DNA of 63,707 nt, counting the filler, from Octopus bimaculoides (taxonomy: Eukaryota), in assembly GCF_001194135.2 (NCBI RefSeq). It is 4 parts of 4 records of this genome, joined end to end, with 100 filler letters (N's around TTAATTAATTAA, not from the genome) between each part and the next. Parts side by side here need not be neighbours in the genome. Positions count along the whole stretch, not along the records: positions 1 to 23,336 come from NC_069010.1; positions 23,437 to 42,680 come from NC_068993.1; 2 more parts are not named here. One strand, written 5' to 3'. A program made the position numbers and the translations under genes. This document shows positions 22,896 through 37,830 of the stretch, piece by piece (within the stretch, counting starts at the first letter, position 1; every line of letters begins with the position of its first letter). The notes below the pieces were generated by a model, which saw nothing but the letters and a program-made list of their open reading frames with translations, was not told where the DNA came from and did no database searches.

Positions 22896-23336
22896 CTGAG
22901 GGAGTGAGGAAACCAAACATGAATGAATCATCACCACCTCTGTCATCATCATCATCGTTATCATCATCACCATCATAATAACCATTATCAACACCATTGT
23001 CACCATCATCATCATCGTCATCACTATCATAATATCCATCATCAGCAACACCACCACCGCCACCATCCTGCTCTTCCTCCTCCTCCTGTTGTCATCAAAT
23101 ATCACCACCAATTGTCATCAACATCACCACAAACATTACCCTAGTAACTATCAAACCATCGCAACCATAACGACAATCATCATCATCATTGCAATCATAA
23201 CAAACATCATCCTAATAACTGTCACCACAGTTGTCATCATTGTCATCACTACCACAATCGTTATCACAGTCGTCGTCATCGTCCTCACTTACCATTAATG
23301 TCATCATCACCATCATAATAACCATTATCAACACCA

Positions 23337-23436
23337 NNNNNNNNNNNNNNNNNNNNNNNNNNNNNNNNNNNNNNNNNNNNTTAATTAATTAANNNNNNNN
23401 NNNNNNNNNNNNNNNNNNNNNNNNNNNNNNNNNNNN
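23337..23436. other. Assembly spacer: 44 N + TTAATTAATTAA + 44 N
   Basis: The same 12-mer embedded in Ns recurs at 42725-42736 and 61960-61971. Confidence 0.9.
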
Positions 23437-23804
23437 ATGTAAGTACAGATATATGTATGTGTGTATGTAGCTATGTATGTTTGTGTGTATGTGGTATATA
23501 TGCATGCATGTACGCATGTATGCATGAATGTATGAGTATCTCTACCTACTTACACACACACACTCGCGCGCGCGAGTGTGTGTGTGTGTATTATGTAGGA
23601 AGAATTTCTAAACGGAAATTCCTTACACGTCTGTTTAATCTGTAAAATCCGGTAATTCCTATTAGCAAATGAAGCACGTGTAATGGTGTATAAATAATGC
23701 TAAGATATATCCATTCTTCTGTTTGCTTATATGTATGTGTGTATTTGGTATCATAAGGCGTCAAGAAGTAGAATACTCCGTGATCACCTGAGATAGTAAA
23801 AGTA

Positions 23805-24097
23805 ATCTATATGTATAAAACACTTGATATGTGTCTGTCTGTGTGTTTGTCATGTCGTTATAAGTCAAGATCCACCCAAACGATTTTAATGAAATTTTAC
23901 ATATGCATTACATCAGGTACCTGCAGTGTCATGGACCAAAAGTAAGCTTCAATTTCTTGCCTAATGCGGGCCCAGGGGCTGATAAACCGCCTTTTAAAAG
24001 CATTTTCGCTGCGTTTATTTAAAAGTAGCAGAAATATAACAAAAAAGTGTTACTCGGATTTCCACGTTCCCGTTCATCGGACAGTTTTGTTATATAT
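23805..24097 (+). mobile_element. Helitron-like non-autonomous element, 5' part
   Basis: Begins atctatatgtataaaa, then (tgtc)n and cgattttaatgaaatttt; similar architecture at 62016-62336. Confidence 0.45.
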
Positions 24098-24432
24098 NNN
24101 NNNNNNNNNNNNNNNNNNNNNNNNNNNNNNNNNNNNNNNNNNNNNNNNNNNNNNNNNNNNNNNNNNNNNNNNNNNNNNNNNNNNNNNNNNNNNNNNNNNN
24201 NNNNNNNNNNNNNNNNNNNNNNNNNNNNNNNNNNNNNNNNNNNNNNNNNNNNNNNNNNNNNNNNNNNNNNNNNNNNNNNNNNNNNNNNNNNNNNNNNNNN
24301 NNNNNNNNNNNNNNNNNNNNNNNNNNNNNNNNNNNNNNNNNNGTATATGTGTGTGTATGTATGTATGTATGTATGTATGTATGTATGTGTGTATGTATGT
24401 ACATTGGCCTACGTATGCATATGTCTCTCTCA

Positions 24433-24468
<36 letters not shown>

Positions 24469-26260
24469 ATATATTACATATATACGCAGGATGAATGCGT
24501 AGTCCTTGTGCAAAACCTTCCATCTCACGTTTCTCCACTCTGCTCAGCTGTAAATTGATAACTCTACGACAGAATAACCTTCCGATCAGGGGACAACGTT
24601 AGACTAGTCACGTCAACAAGCGTGGTGGGGGTGGGGGCATGATTCGAAAGCTAAAAATGCGAAGCGCATTGTGGCCACCGATGTATAACAACATCTGATA
24701 ATCTGGTCGAGGCCGCAGACCCTTATATATGCATATATATTATGGCAACGTGGAGGTTCCATGAGAAACCCAGAACGTGATACCTATATTCTCTTGTCAA
24801 TACAAATGTTTTGAGTAAAATATGGTAGATAGAAAGTGTATGCAAATGTCATGGATATTAAGTTATAAATAGTAATGATCATTCACTGATGACAGGCTTC
24901 AGTACTGTCTTATAAATCAATTTTTATTTTATGTTGTTGATTTTGACCTTATCATTCAAATGCTTTAAAGCTTCTTCATAGAGTGAGAATAATGTAGAAT
25001 GTGTTGGTGTGTATATATGAAAAATTCTATTAAAGATATTTAGATTTGATAGGATTTTTTAAAAATGACTCTATGCAGAAAAGGAATAAAGGCGTCAAAA
25101 AAATTAACTGAATTATTGTAGAAAAATAGGATTGTATCGAATATTATGTTTATGATTACATCTAATTATTGAAACCTAATAATCAATGAAATTAGAAACT
25201 TAAAGGTCATTTAAAGGTGAAAAGTGAATTAGCAAGCTATGGTGTGAAATGTGTGCGGAAATAATGTCGGTATATTTGTATGTGGAAAATATTCTGTAGA
25301 ATTCATATCACGGGGTATTCACAATGTATGAAGGGTTGAGCGGATATGCTTTATTATTCTTTTATTCTTTTACTTGTTTCAATCAGTTGACTGCGGCCAT
25401 GCTGCAACACCACCTTTAGTGGAACAACTCGAACGCAGGACTTATTTTTGTAAGCCTAGAACAGTGGGATTTTAACATAAGTGTAGGGGGCAGAGATGGA
25501 ATCTATATACAAGGCAAGGTATCGAGGGCGCTAAAGCGCTACTTTATTTAGGACAACAGATAAAATCAGTAGCATTTATGATTTTAGACTGACGCCGCCA
25601 ATTTGAAAGCGTAATCAGTCTGTGTTTAGTATTTAAACGGAAATGAGATCTGTGGTCCTTAAGCGTCAGACAAACACATATGTGGACTTAACAGCGAAAA
25701 ACGTGTAAGAATAATTAAAAAAAACTTGAAGCAAAAAAAAAAAACAAAAAAAACATATAGATAAAACCATTTCATCAGCTAAAATTTTTATGCAGAATTA
25801 TTATGATTTCGGTGCTGGAAAATATTAATATCACTGATCTGGAAAGCATCAGACTAAAAGATAAAAGAAAACGAAGTCAAAATTTATGACTTAAGACATA
25901 GAAGACATGTTTAAGAGTGGAAGAACAAACACAGATGAAAAATATGAAAGATTATTAACGTGAAAAGGCTAGCATAGAAAATTCGAGAGGGAAATGATGA
26001 TAGGAAGGAATAGTGGAAATTTCACACACACACACACACACACACAACGTGTCCCCTCTCCTACTCGTTAATGCATGATTATGGGCAAGGTTATGTGCAG
26101 TTAAGGAGCTCGCTTATGAGTCACGTGGTCTCGGGTTCACCACCTGCGCACAACAAATTGGCCAAGTGCCGTTTTCTTCCCACAAACCAACACCTTGTGA
26201 ATAACAGTANNNNNNNNNNNNNNNNNNNNNNNNNNNNNNNNNNNNNNNNNNNNNNNNNNN

Positions 26261-26292
<32 letters not shown>

Positions 26293-26294
26293 AT

Positions 26295-26359
<65 letters not shown>

Positions 26360-26705
26360 GTTTGATCAAAGTTATAATTATTGAACTAGCGAACGATTGG
26401 TAGTGTATTCCAGAATCACAGGTACAAACTGAAACAAATTTCCGAGCTCATGAAATGAATAATTTGACAAGGATGGCTATTTCATTTACAGGTACTGGCT
26501 TCCAAACATTTCCCATTTGCATAATTTCACTCGGAAAGCTAGGATCGGACTACGCAGTGGGATAAAATCCTGGAAGAGAGGATTTCGAAACGAACTCAGC
26601 TTCGAATATATATTACGTTTATAGATTAAGTTTACATGTGAGAGATTTTTACAAACACACTCACACTCACACACACACGCACACACACGCACATACACAC
26701 ACACA

Positions 26706-26747
<42 letters not shown>

Positions 26748-27079
26748 TATATATATGGTTTGCTTATATCCACGATTCCATTTAGAACCTTATAAATATA
26801 AACACACAAAAAAGTCTATGATTATACATATATACTCACATTCATACACACGTGTATCTGAACCGTTGTGCTTTTTATTCCTGTGTATATATTCGTGTGT
26901 GTATGGGTGTGTGTCTGTGAGTGTGTGTATGCGTGCGTGCGCGCGCGATTATTATACCTCAAGGCTAAGATATGTTTCGAGTTAAATAAATAAAATATTT
27001 TATAACTGTCATCACCTGAAACAATCGATCGCATATATTTAAATATGATTGAATGATTATAGGAAAGAAACTTCCATAT

Positions 27080-27137
<58 letters not shown>

Positions 27138-27861
27138 CTACTTAGATTATCACATCTCTTCATACACTTCATACTTATGCAGTATAATAATATATCTACG
27201 TGTATATTTGCACTGTTGGATAAAATACACATTAGCATTGGGGAAGAAAAATAACTAGCGTAATATATATATATATATAAAGGCTCACGAATAACATCGC
27301 GGATGTGTGATTATATCTCCTATAATCTAGCACAGGCATTTCATTAGATACCATTAAATAGTATGACATTTACACCAAATTAAATAATGAAATATATCAA
27401 TGTAGTTATTTGCAATGTGCGAGATATGAGAAGCGATAAAAAAAAATGTGGGTAGTTGTAAATTGAATCACCTATATAGAACGAAAAACGAAAAACGAAA
27501 AAACGTTTCTAGAGATTGTATTACAAGATGCGATTGAACGTGTATGTTCTTGTTTGGATAATATACTAGCTGGCAAAATCTTATACACTTTCATTTTTTT
27601 TTTACTCTTACACCGGTTACTGGTACTTATCCCTGTGTGGAAGTTGATGGTACGGTGTGTGAGGTATCTTATGTTTTGTTTCGGAAGGAAAGTATACGGA
27701 ATATACGAAGAAGAAACTAATTTACTGCGTCGGCGATTATATCACTTATTCAGATTCGGTTAAAATGATGCGATAGACATTTGTAATGGTGGTTGGTCAT
27801 GTTAAGAGTAGCAATAGGGGAGGTAGTAGCAGCGGCAACATCAACATCAGTAGGTGCCGCC

Positions 27862-27922
<61 letters not shown>

Positions 27923-27957
27923 GAGGAGGAGGAGGAGGAGGAGGAGCAGCAGCAGGT

Positions 27958-27988
<31 letters not shown>

Positions 27989-28190
27989 TAGTCGTTGTAG
28001 TGCAGTGGTGGCGTCTGTTCGTGTCGGCGTGATGTTTAGGGTCGTTATNNNNNNNNNNNNNNNNNNNNNNNNNGTAGTAGTAGTTGTAGTAGTAGTAGTA
28101 GTAGTAGTAGTAGTAATAGTAGTAATAGTAGTAGTAGTAGTAGTAGTAGTAGTAGGAGGAGGAGGAGGAGGAGGAGGAGCAGCAGCAGGT

Positions 28191-28221
<31 letters not shown>

Positions 28222-29489
28222 TAGTCGTTGTAGTGCAGTGGTGGCGTCTGTTCGTGTCGGCGTGATGTTTAGGGTCGTTATTGTTGTCTCCATTCTCAAT
28301 GCAGTGAGGGCTTCGAGAATCGTTGTGAACGTTGAAACCACGGAGGACAATGAATTCAGAGAGAAGCGAAATGCGAGATAGACGTCATCAACGAACAGAG
28401 ATATATCTTCGAATAACTGGCGCCAATCGTATTCCTCGGTAAGCGGGATTGAAATGCAAACATATTTAGAGGACGGTGGGCGGAGAGGTTTGTTGTTTAA
28501 CCGCAAATTACTTGACACCTGATCAGTAGACACGTGTTCAAATGAATTAGGTTCCTGACTCTACAGACAAGCGAACGAATCTCCCCCCCCCATGTGTATT
28601 TATAACTAAAACATCCGAAACGTTCTCTTTGTGATACTGTAATGAGTGATTTGAGAATTATTTAGTTGCAATGTTTATGATCATGTAATTACAGACGATA
28701 TTATAGAACGGTTATTGCTATCAAAATTGGTGCGTCTCAAACTTATGGAGATCATCGTTATATCAAGTATTTGATTCTATCAATCGGTTTATTTGCAAGT
28801 GATCATAATAGAGGTTTTCCGCTATACCAATGCGTGTATATATGTAGGTATGTATATCTGTGTGCTGATAAACGTGCATTTACGCATTGAAGTATGTATT
28901 GAGAAATGAGTGTAAATATTTTGTGTTTAAGAAGTCTTCCTGAGTCCGAATATCAAATAAGACGATTCTTTGTAGTTAAGTTCTATCTCTATATCAGCTG
29001 CAAATGTTGTTATTAAATCCATCTATCGCTGTAAATGTTTCAAATGTACATCTTTTGATCATTCACAAATAAGATCTCTTGCTGTTTATGCCAAAAACAT
29101 AACCAATGAACATTTCTAAACGAAATGTCAGTGGATTTAGAGCCAAAATGAACAGGAGCCAAGACAAAATGTCTCCTTCAAATATTTTCCTTTTGAAAGA
29201 TTTCAAACATGAGAGACAATATTTTTACTTTCAGTTACAGACGTGAAAATTATTGACCGAGATTTTGAGCCTTTCAATGGCTGCCGTTAAAGCAGCTGGT
29301 ACAATTGCCCATCGCAGTGATTACAATAACAATAATTGTAGAATTTAATAGAATGCATAATCGCAATCAGTCATACTGTTCATAAGGATTTTGCCATATT
29401 GTCATATATTTATTTCTTGAAATGTTCATCGGCACATCACCATATCTGCCTAGCAATTAATCAATATATATTCGAGTGTTTGAACTCGC

Positions 29490-29651
29490 AAACAGCTTGG
29501 GAAATTGAAGCCAACAGCAATTTGTTTAAATAAATTTACTCTTTACTATTTCAAGTTTATGTAATTTTGGTAAATACAACTGTTAAAATGAGATGTTAGT
29601 GTTGTTTTCATTTTTGCGTAATTTAGACGACAATTTATTCACTGCACCATG
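29490..29651 (+). mobile_element. 3' terminus of the maT-like transposon
   Basis: Matches the reverse complement of 19821-19970. Confidence 0.75.
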
Positions 29652-29820
29652 TATATATATCCAACGGGATTCTTTCAATTTCCGTCTACCGAATCCACCT
29701 ATGAGGTTTTGGTCAGCCCGAGGCTATAGTAGAAGACAATTAGTCACGGTTCCACGCAGTGGGACTGAACGCAAAAACATGTGGTTGGGAAGCAAGCTTT
29801 TTACTATACATCAACACTTG
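29652..29820 (-). mobile_element. SINE family A head
   Basis: ttctttcaatttccgtctacc...gctatagtagaagac...gggactgaac. Confidence 0.75.
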
Positions 29821-29849
29821 CGCCTATATATACATATATATGTATATAA

Positions 29850-29927
<78 letters not shown>

Positions 29928-30896
29928 GTAAATATATATATATACATGTATATATAAATGTGTATATATTGGCACTCCTGTATTCAATGGAGTGCTCGTA
30001 GCTTTCAAGTAACAATGCTATCTGGAGTTTCACTATGGCGTGCCTTTAGACTTAGTAGATGCATTTATTTGAAAGTAGGCTATATTCTTTTACATGGTTT
30101 TTATATCTCTGTCTGCATTTTGAAACCAATTTCTCTTTTCTGCAATGATTATCTTAGCTCTGTTGTAACGGTGCTAACTGGAGCTCTCTTGAGGTTCAAC
30201 TGTTCGCGTGTAGACATTATGATTGACTTCAGTTCAAATATGTGGATTCAGACGTTACATTCGTGTACAAATATATTTAGAAAAATCCTTTAGCTTCTTG
30301 CTGCGTTACATTGCCGCAATTCAGTATGTGGCGGCTTTTGAAGAAATGTTCTCCCAATTCAATATAACCGATCTATTTAACCATTCTTGCTTGATAGTTT
30401 GGTGCAGTATGGAACAACACTTCAAGCACTATTCAGCATAATGTATTTCCATTTGATGTATGCATCACTTATTCCGAACAATATTTTGTAGTTGTGTTCC
30501 TTTAGAGCAAATCCTATTTTAGGTACGCAACTAACATCTGCATTCAATATAGTTTTTTGTTAAATATATATTGCATTTGTGATTTTTCGATACTGTAGGT
30601 ACATACATGCATTTATATGTAAATACAGAGAGAAAGACCGAGAGACATAAAAAGAGAGAGTGAGAGTGAGAGACAGAGACGGAGAAAGATTTACAGATAT
30701 ATACCCACTTATAAACATACACACATATACATACATGCATATGCATATCCATAAAATTATAAATAAATATTTCCTTAAAATGTTAATATTATCCACACGA
30801 CATAAACATATATGAAAATATTTCTATAAAAATGTTTATATAAAAGAGAGTTCAATTGCATATATATATATATAGCAAATGTTGGATAGGTGTGTG

Positions 30897-30938
<42 letters not shown>

Positions 30939-31275
30939 AATGTATAATCTTTTGAATAGCTTACATGCAAAATAAACACCATTTACATCACTCATGCAAA
31001 ATTTCTGGCCAAACGCCAATACTATTGGAATTCCTTATATAGTTTTCCCTTTTATTTAAGGTGGGAAAGCATGTTATAATGTTTTCATTATATCGTCCAT
31101 TTTATTATTGCTTTGCTTCTAATTTCATATCCTTCAATATATTTCTTTTTTTATTTTCATTTTTATTTTATTTAATTACCGATGCTGCTTTCGCATTTGT
31201 ATCTTGCAGGTTCTAGAACTGATTTAAAAAAAAAAAATTCCTTAAAGTTATCCACCAATAGTGAAATTGTTGCCG

Positions 31276-31315
<40 letters not shown>

Positions 31316-31316
31316 G

Positions 31317-31403
<87 letters not shown>

Positions 31404-31463
31404 TGTAGTAGTAGTAGTGGTAGAAGCAGCAGCTTTACTTTTATCATCACCACCATCGTCAAC

Positions 31464-31495
<32 letters not shown>

Positions 31496-31512
31496 CATCA
31501 TCATCATCATCA
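31276..31512. repeat. Compound (TAT)n(TAG)n(GAT)n(CAT)n trinucleotide array
   Basis: Direct reading. Confidence 0.9.
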
Positions 31513-32289
31513 AATAACAGCAGCGTCAGGAGCGGCATCTGTCCTAATATCTTTGTCTCACGATATCTCATCTGGAATTCTGCTTTCAGTAACCTTATCT
31601 ACGGATCAAAATCGGAGTAAAAATTGGAATTATTTGCATAATTATGCAATTTTATGAAAATCTCTAAATCTTTGCTTTTATAAACCGGGAAATTCCAGGT
31701 AGAAAAATGCATAATGTCATTTTATTCAAGCTACTTACGGGCTGAGTTCAAACCCAACCTAATTTTAAATTTACCTGGTGTCTATAAAATAACATACCAG
31801 CCATATACTTGTATCAATATAATCGACTAAATGTGCCTAAATCAGACAAAATTATTATTACTGTATAATGAAAAATCTCAGAGACATCACCATGAAGCTT
31901 CTTATTGTGAGAGGGGAAGAGACTGACGATCGTTTTGACAAAAAATTTGGCAAAAGAAACATCGAAGTCACTTACACCACTGCCAGCAACAACAACAAGC
32001 ACAATATAAACTGTAAGAACAATAAGAAATTGGAACACGAGCTGAAAATGAAAACATTTTCACACAGAAAACATCGAAGTCAACGTCACCTCCAACAACA
32101 AGAATTTCGTCAACAGAGATGACTGAATCATTCTTTTGAGCGTGATTTGGGGAAAGAAGTCAGATAACTCTTGTGGAAAACTAATCTCTTTATGGCATCA
32201 TCAAGCGAAAAGCATTGGCTCACATTAATAAAAGAAGGAAAGAAAAACAATTGTGATCGACCAATTTTTTAACAAAAAAATTAAGAAGA

Positions 32290-32690
32290 GGAGTGGCTGT
32301 GTGGTAAGTAGCTTGCTTACCAACCACATGGTTCTGGGTTCAGTCACACTGCGTGGCACCTTGGGCAAGTATCTTCAACTATAGCCTCGGGGCGACCAAA
32401 GCCTTATGAGTGGATTTGGTAGACGGAAACTGAAAGAATCCCGTCGTATGTGTGTATATGTATACATATGTGTGTGTGTTTGTGTGTCTGTGTTTGTGCC
32501 CCCGCTCAACATCGCTTGACAACCGATGCTGGTGTGTTTACGTCCCCCTAACTTAGTGGTTCAGCAAAAGAGAGCGATAGAATAAGTATTAGGCTTACAA
32601 AGAATAAGTCCTGGGGTCGATTTGCTCGACTAAAGGCGGTGCTCCAGCATGGCTGCAGTCAAATGACTGAAACAAGTAAAAGAGTAAAGC
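32290..32690 (+). mobile_element. SINE family A, full length
   Basis: Head, short microsatellite and tail. Confidence 0.9.
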
Positions 32691-32732
32691 GTATATATAC
32701 ATATATATACCTCAGTATATCACGATATGTGT

Positions 32733-32771
<39 letters not shown>

Positions 32772-33084
32772 TGTGTGTATGTGTGTGTGTTAGTGTGTAA
32801 ACCCAACATTTATGAAGGATTTAATGCTGGAGGGTATGAAAAAGAAATAATTAAAATCAACTTGGAAAGATAGGAAATGTTTACAAATCTCGCGTGATTT
32901 CCTCCGGAGAATTATTACAATTGTAATATACACCGCTTGTAAAAATATTACTTACACGTAGCTAAGAAGAGAAAAACAAAAGGAAGAGAATAATGTTTAA
33001 TAGGAATGAGCGAATTTGAAAACGGGTGAGCATCGGAAATGTGACCACCCTGAATGCGAAATGTGATTATAAATAAACACAAAA

Positions 33085-33117
<33 letters not shown>

Positions 33118-34053
33118 AATAATAATAATATGATAAATAATATACACAATGCATGAAAATAGCAAAATGAAATGGAATCCAATAGCATGAAAAGAAATGA
33201 ACATATATATATATATATATATATATAAGCAGATATAATCTTCTATATATTAATTGTAAAATAACAAATTGTTGAAATATAATATGTGACTGTAATTGGA
33301 ATATGTATATTAGTCTTTTACAGAAAACTAGTGGATAAAGTTAATAGCTGGAATTATACAGGATGACCAACTGTTCAGCTGTGGTACATTTAGTTGGGAA
33401 ATGTCTGCAGCCATATTGAGACACACAGCCTTGAAGAAGTGTAGTCGAACGACTCGAGTCCAGTCTTTCATTTTCTCTTTAAACCTGGTGTCCATTATAT
33501 CGGTTAGTTTTTGCCGAACGGCTAAATACAGCAGCATCAGCTGTCAAGCGGTTGTGGGAAGCAAAGACAGACACACACAGACAAACGTATATGTATGTAT
33601 GTATGTATGTATGTATATATAATATATAATATATATATAGTTTTAGGGAAAATTGGTTATGAAACACGTGTAATCTTTTTATTATATTTATCTTATGATA
33701 TTTACTTTACTTTATATTATACTCATTTATTGTGCTTTTAATTATTAATTTTTCTATATGTGATAGTGGATTTTCATCGATGAGTTCTTGAAAATTGGTT
33801 ATTTTCCCTAAAACTATATATATTTTATATATACTTTATCTATAAGGCTCAATTTAATTTTAATTTTTTATAAATTGATTTTAATTGAGTTTTTCACCTG
33901 TAATTTTGGATTTTGTCCCTAATAATATTATTATAATATATAATATATATATAGTTTTAGGGAAAATTGGTTATNNNNNNNNNNNNNNNNNNNNNNNNNN
34001 NNNNNNNNNNNNNNNNNNNNNNNNNNNNNNNNNNNNNNNNNNNNNNNNNNNNN

Positions 34054-34087
<34 letters not shown>

Positions 34088-35465
34088 GCATACCAACTAT
34101 ATGTGTTTGGCCTTGATAATCCAGGATGTTCGTCGCTGAGAAGGACCTGCACTGCACATCGTGTCTGACGATGCACCAACGTTATGAGGGAAGCCTCGTG
34201 TTTTCAGCACAGAAATCTCACTGAGATATTTCTCTGAAACAATATACTTCTGCTTGTGCGTTTATACATTCAAATCCATATTATAAACGTTAGACTCAGT
34301 GGTATTTTAATCTAAAACAATTTCAGGAGCGTATATGAATTTATACTCGATTTAGTTTAATTGGATTCCGAATTTGAACGGCGAAAGCTAAGGATTTATT
34401 AAGGTGTTTTAATCTCGATATAGATAATCGGATGCAATATACGATGAATAAATTACATTAGTTTAATAAAGCGGTGAGATCGTAGAAATGTTATCGCGCC
34501 GGGGAAAATGCTTTGCCGCTTCTTCTGGTCCTGATTTTTATGCCCCTTAGGGGCCGAGGAATAAATACTAGTTGAGAACTAGGATCGATGTGCTCGTCTT
34601 TCCCGGCCCATTAAATTCGCTGACTTCTCCCAAAGCCTCAAAAAATTATATTACGTTAACTTATTACAGCTTTGAAGGGGATACCAAAACGTGGTCGCCG
34701 TAAATGAACTAAAAGCAGTAAAAGTAGTTAAGAAAAATGCGTAGTTCACAAATAATGGGGCTTTTTTTTACACAAATTTATCACTTTAAGAGTGGGTGAT
34801 TTTTACATACTCAATGTTTGAACCTTCGAATTTAAAATACTGGGCCCCTATTTTTCATCTTCATTTTTCTGTCTCCGAAGGAATGAGAGAAAGTGAAAGA
34901 GATCCAAGCTCCTTATTTTGAACTCAGAAACTAACGTGAAGCGTTAGTTTCAAGCATACTCTCCCTCTCTACTACTGTATTAATACAACTACACACACTT
35001 TACTCCTACTAATATTGGCCTCCCATGCAAGTTTAACGAAGAAAAACGAAATGCACTAATAATCAATATATAAACTCGGACAATAAGTTCACTTGTTCGA
35101 TTTCCAGTTCAATTTATATTAAATTCCTTTCATTCTTTCAAGGATTTTATTTCCGTTTTTATATATGTGAATTTTTATTTATTTGTTAGTGTTTTGTTTG
35201 TTCGTTTCTTCGTTTCTCTTTCCGTCTTTTTTCATCTTGGAAATTCTCATCATTTTATGTCTATTCTTTTTCATTCTGTGGAATATTTTATTTGATTTTT
35301 ATTTTCTTTCTTCACGTTATTCATTCCACATCACAGAACATCGCTTTGCATCAAACATACTCTAATTATATTATATTCGTCATCATCATCATCAACACCA
35401 CCACCATCATAATCATCATTATCATCTTCGTTGTCGTCTTCGTCGTCTTCCGTCGCACGTTCCTA

Positions 35466-35637
35466 TTCTTCTTCTTCTTCTTCTTCTTCTTCTTCTTCTT
35501 CTTCTTCTTCTTCTTCTTCTTCTTCTTCTTCTTCTTCTTCTTCTTCTTCTTCTTCTTCTTCTTCTTCTTCTTCTTCTTCTTCTTCTTCTTCTTCTTCTTC
35601 TTCTTCTTCTTCTTCTTCTTCTTCTTCTTCTTCTTCT
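35466..35637. repeat. Long pure (TTC)n microsatellite
   Basis: Direct reading; a similar (TTC)n(TAT)n array lies at 39486-39693. Confidence 0.95.
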
Positions 35638-37382
35638 AGGTTTAATCATCATTATCACACGTAATATCATCTTCCTCTTACTCCTCCTGTCCCTCCTCCT
35701 GTCCCTCCTCCTCTTTCTCCTCCTCCGCTTTCTCCTCATTACCATCTCTACATCCAATATCACATGATTATAGTTACCTTCAAAATATGAATATCATCAA
35801 CATTATCATTATCATCATCATTATTCTCATCATTACCACAAACAGACATCATCACCATCATCATCATCATCACCACTGTCATCCCAATTTACAACACTAC
35901 TGGCGCCGCTCCCACCACCACCTCAAGAAAAAACACTATTATTGTATCATCAATAAACCATTTTCCTTCTCTTTGTTTAAGGTTGTTTGTACTCTGCTCT
36001 TTACTATATTCTAAACAAATACGATACCAGGAATCTACTCAGGGCTACTGAAAAGATTCTTGCTTGATATGATTTGACTTATAAAAAAAAATCCTTGCGC
36101 GAAATTCTTAATAGTGGAAAAGTGGCCATTATGAGTCGGCATCACTCGAGGAAGTAACTTTACCTTTGCTTCTATGGAACACGTAATTCTTCTTGCTATC
36201 TTTGCCATAATCACTGACATAGCGAAATGACAAATTCCTATGGCATAAAAGTAATGTGGTCAGCTGAGGGCAATGTAAACTGTATATATACATATATGCA
36301 TGTATGCATATATATCCACATGTATGTGTGTATGTGTGTGTGAGTATGTGTGAGTGTGTGTATGCGTGCGTTTATGTATGGTTGTCAGTAATAGGTTCGA
36401 CAATGTTCATTTAAAATGAATTTCGAACGATAAGTTTATTAAATTCGAAAATCCTGATATCGTTCTCAAACTATTAAGCAATAATAATTTATAAACTATA
36501 ATGAGCATTTAGAGAATTCTCTAATTTATTGGCCAATGTGCTTCCGAAGGTATAAACAACTCAGATGAAGCAGGAATTATTTTCGTGTATTGCCACAAGG
36601 TATTCACTCCTTCAGATATCAAAATGTCAAAGGATTTCAGTCTTGAAAAGAGTGCGTAACAGTTGTTTGTGCTGATATTAAGGGAGATAAAACAAAGGTT
36701 GTAGTGTTTCATAACTATTGAAATGTAAATGAGTTGATGACAAACGTTATATTTAACAATTGATTATTCAAGAGGAATTCGGAATTAAAATCCACAAACT
36801 TTCTTATTTGTTGATAACTGTACGCAGCCAGAAGTAATTTGCTATTAAACAACATCAAAGTAATTTTCTTCCTTTTAAATATGACATCTAAAATTCAAGT
36901 CCATGTGATTTATGTATCAGTCAAACTTTAAAGCCGTATTATTATGGAGAAAAAAAAATTGATACAAGATTTAAACCGGAGTCAACGTTTTTCAAAGACG
37001 ATTCATTCACAAGCATTTACAAGAATATTATTCTTTCTTGATTCGATGCATAATATTCTGAAGAGAAATCGTAGAGAAGACGTTCAAAAGTATTTAAACA
37101 AAAACAGATTTTGAAAATCTAAATTTAGGAGCAAACCTTATAAGAAATTAATCATTCGATAGAATTCCAGCCGTTACAACAAAAGAAACATAAAGGCAAA
37201 ATGATTGGTTGGTGATGACAAATGTTAAAATGGCAGTTAAGATAACAGCGTCGGAAATACGTCAAGGTGTTACTCATGTAGATTGTACATTTGACGAAGA
37301 GAAAGAACTAAATTGTGAAATGTTCAAAGTCCCTTTCAGCTGACTTTCTGAGGCAATACCTCCTACCAAATGCTAATTGCTA

Positions 37383-37425
<43 letters not shown>

Positions 37426-37479
37426 AGGGTGACAAAGAGATGCATATATATACATATGTATGTATGTATGTATGTTACT

Positions 37480-37604
37480 TATTCTATCGGACTGTTTTGC
37501 CGAACCACTAGGCTATGTGGGTGTAAATACCCAAGCACTGGCTGTCAAACAGTGCTAGGGGCGACAAGCACGGACTCAAAGACACACACATACACACACA
37601 TACA

Positions 37605-37653
<49 letters not shown>

Positions 37654-37830
37654 ATATATATATACGACGAACTTCTTTCAGTTCCCGTTTTCCGTCTACC
37701 AAATCCACTCACAAGGCTTTGGTTGGTCCAAAGCTATAGTAGAAGACACTTGCCCAAGGAACCACGTAGTGGGACCGAACCCGGACGCATGTGGTTGGGA
37801 AACAAGCTTTTTACCACACAGCCACACCCG
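37480..37830 (-). mobile_element. SINE family A
   Basis: Reverse-oriented head plus central part. Confidence 0.75.

Noticed and set aside
26492-26624. Plus-strand candidate terminal exon YWLPNISHLHNFTRKARIG...
   Set aside because: Acceptor is plausible, but there is no partner exon or recognisable homology, and a comparable acceptor and frame exist on the other strand
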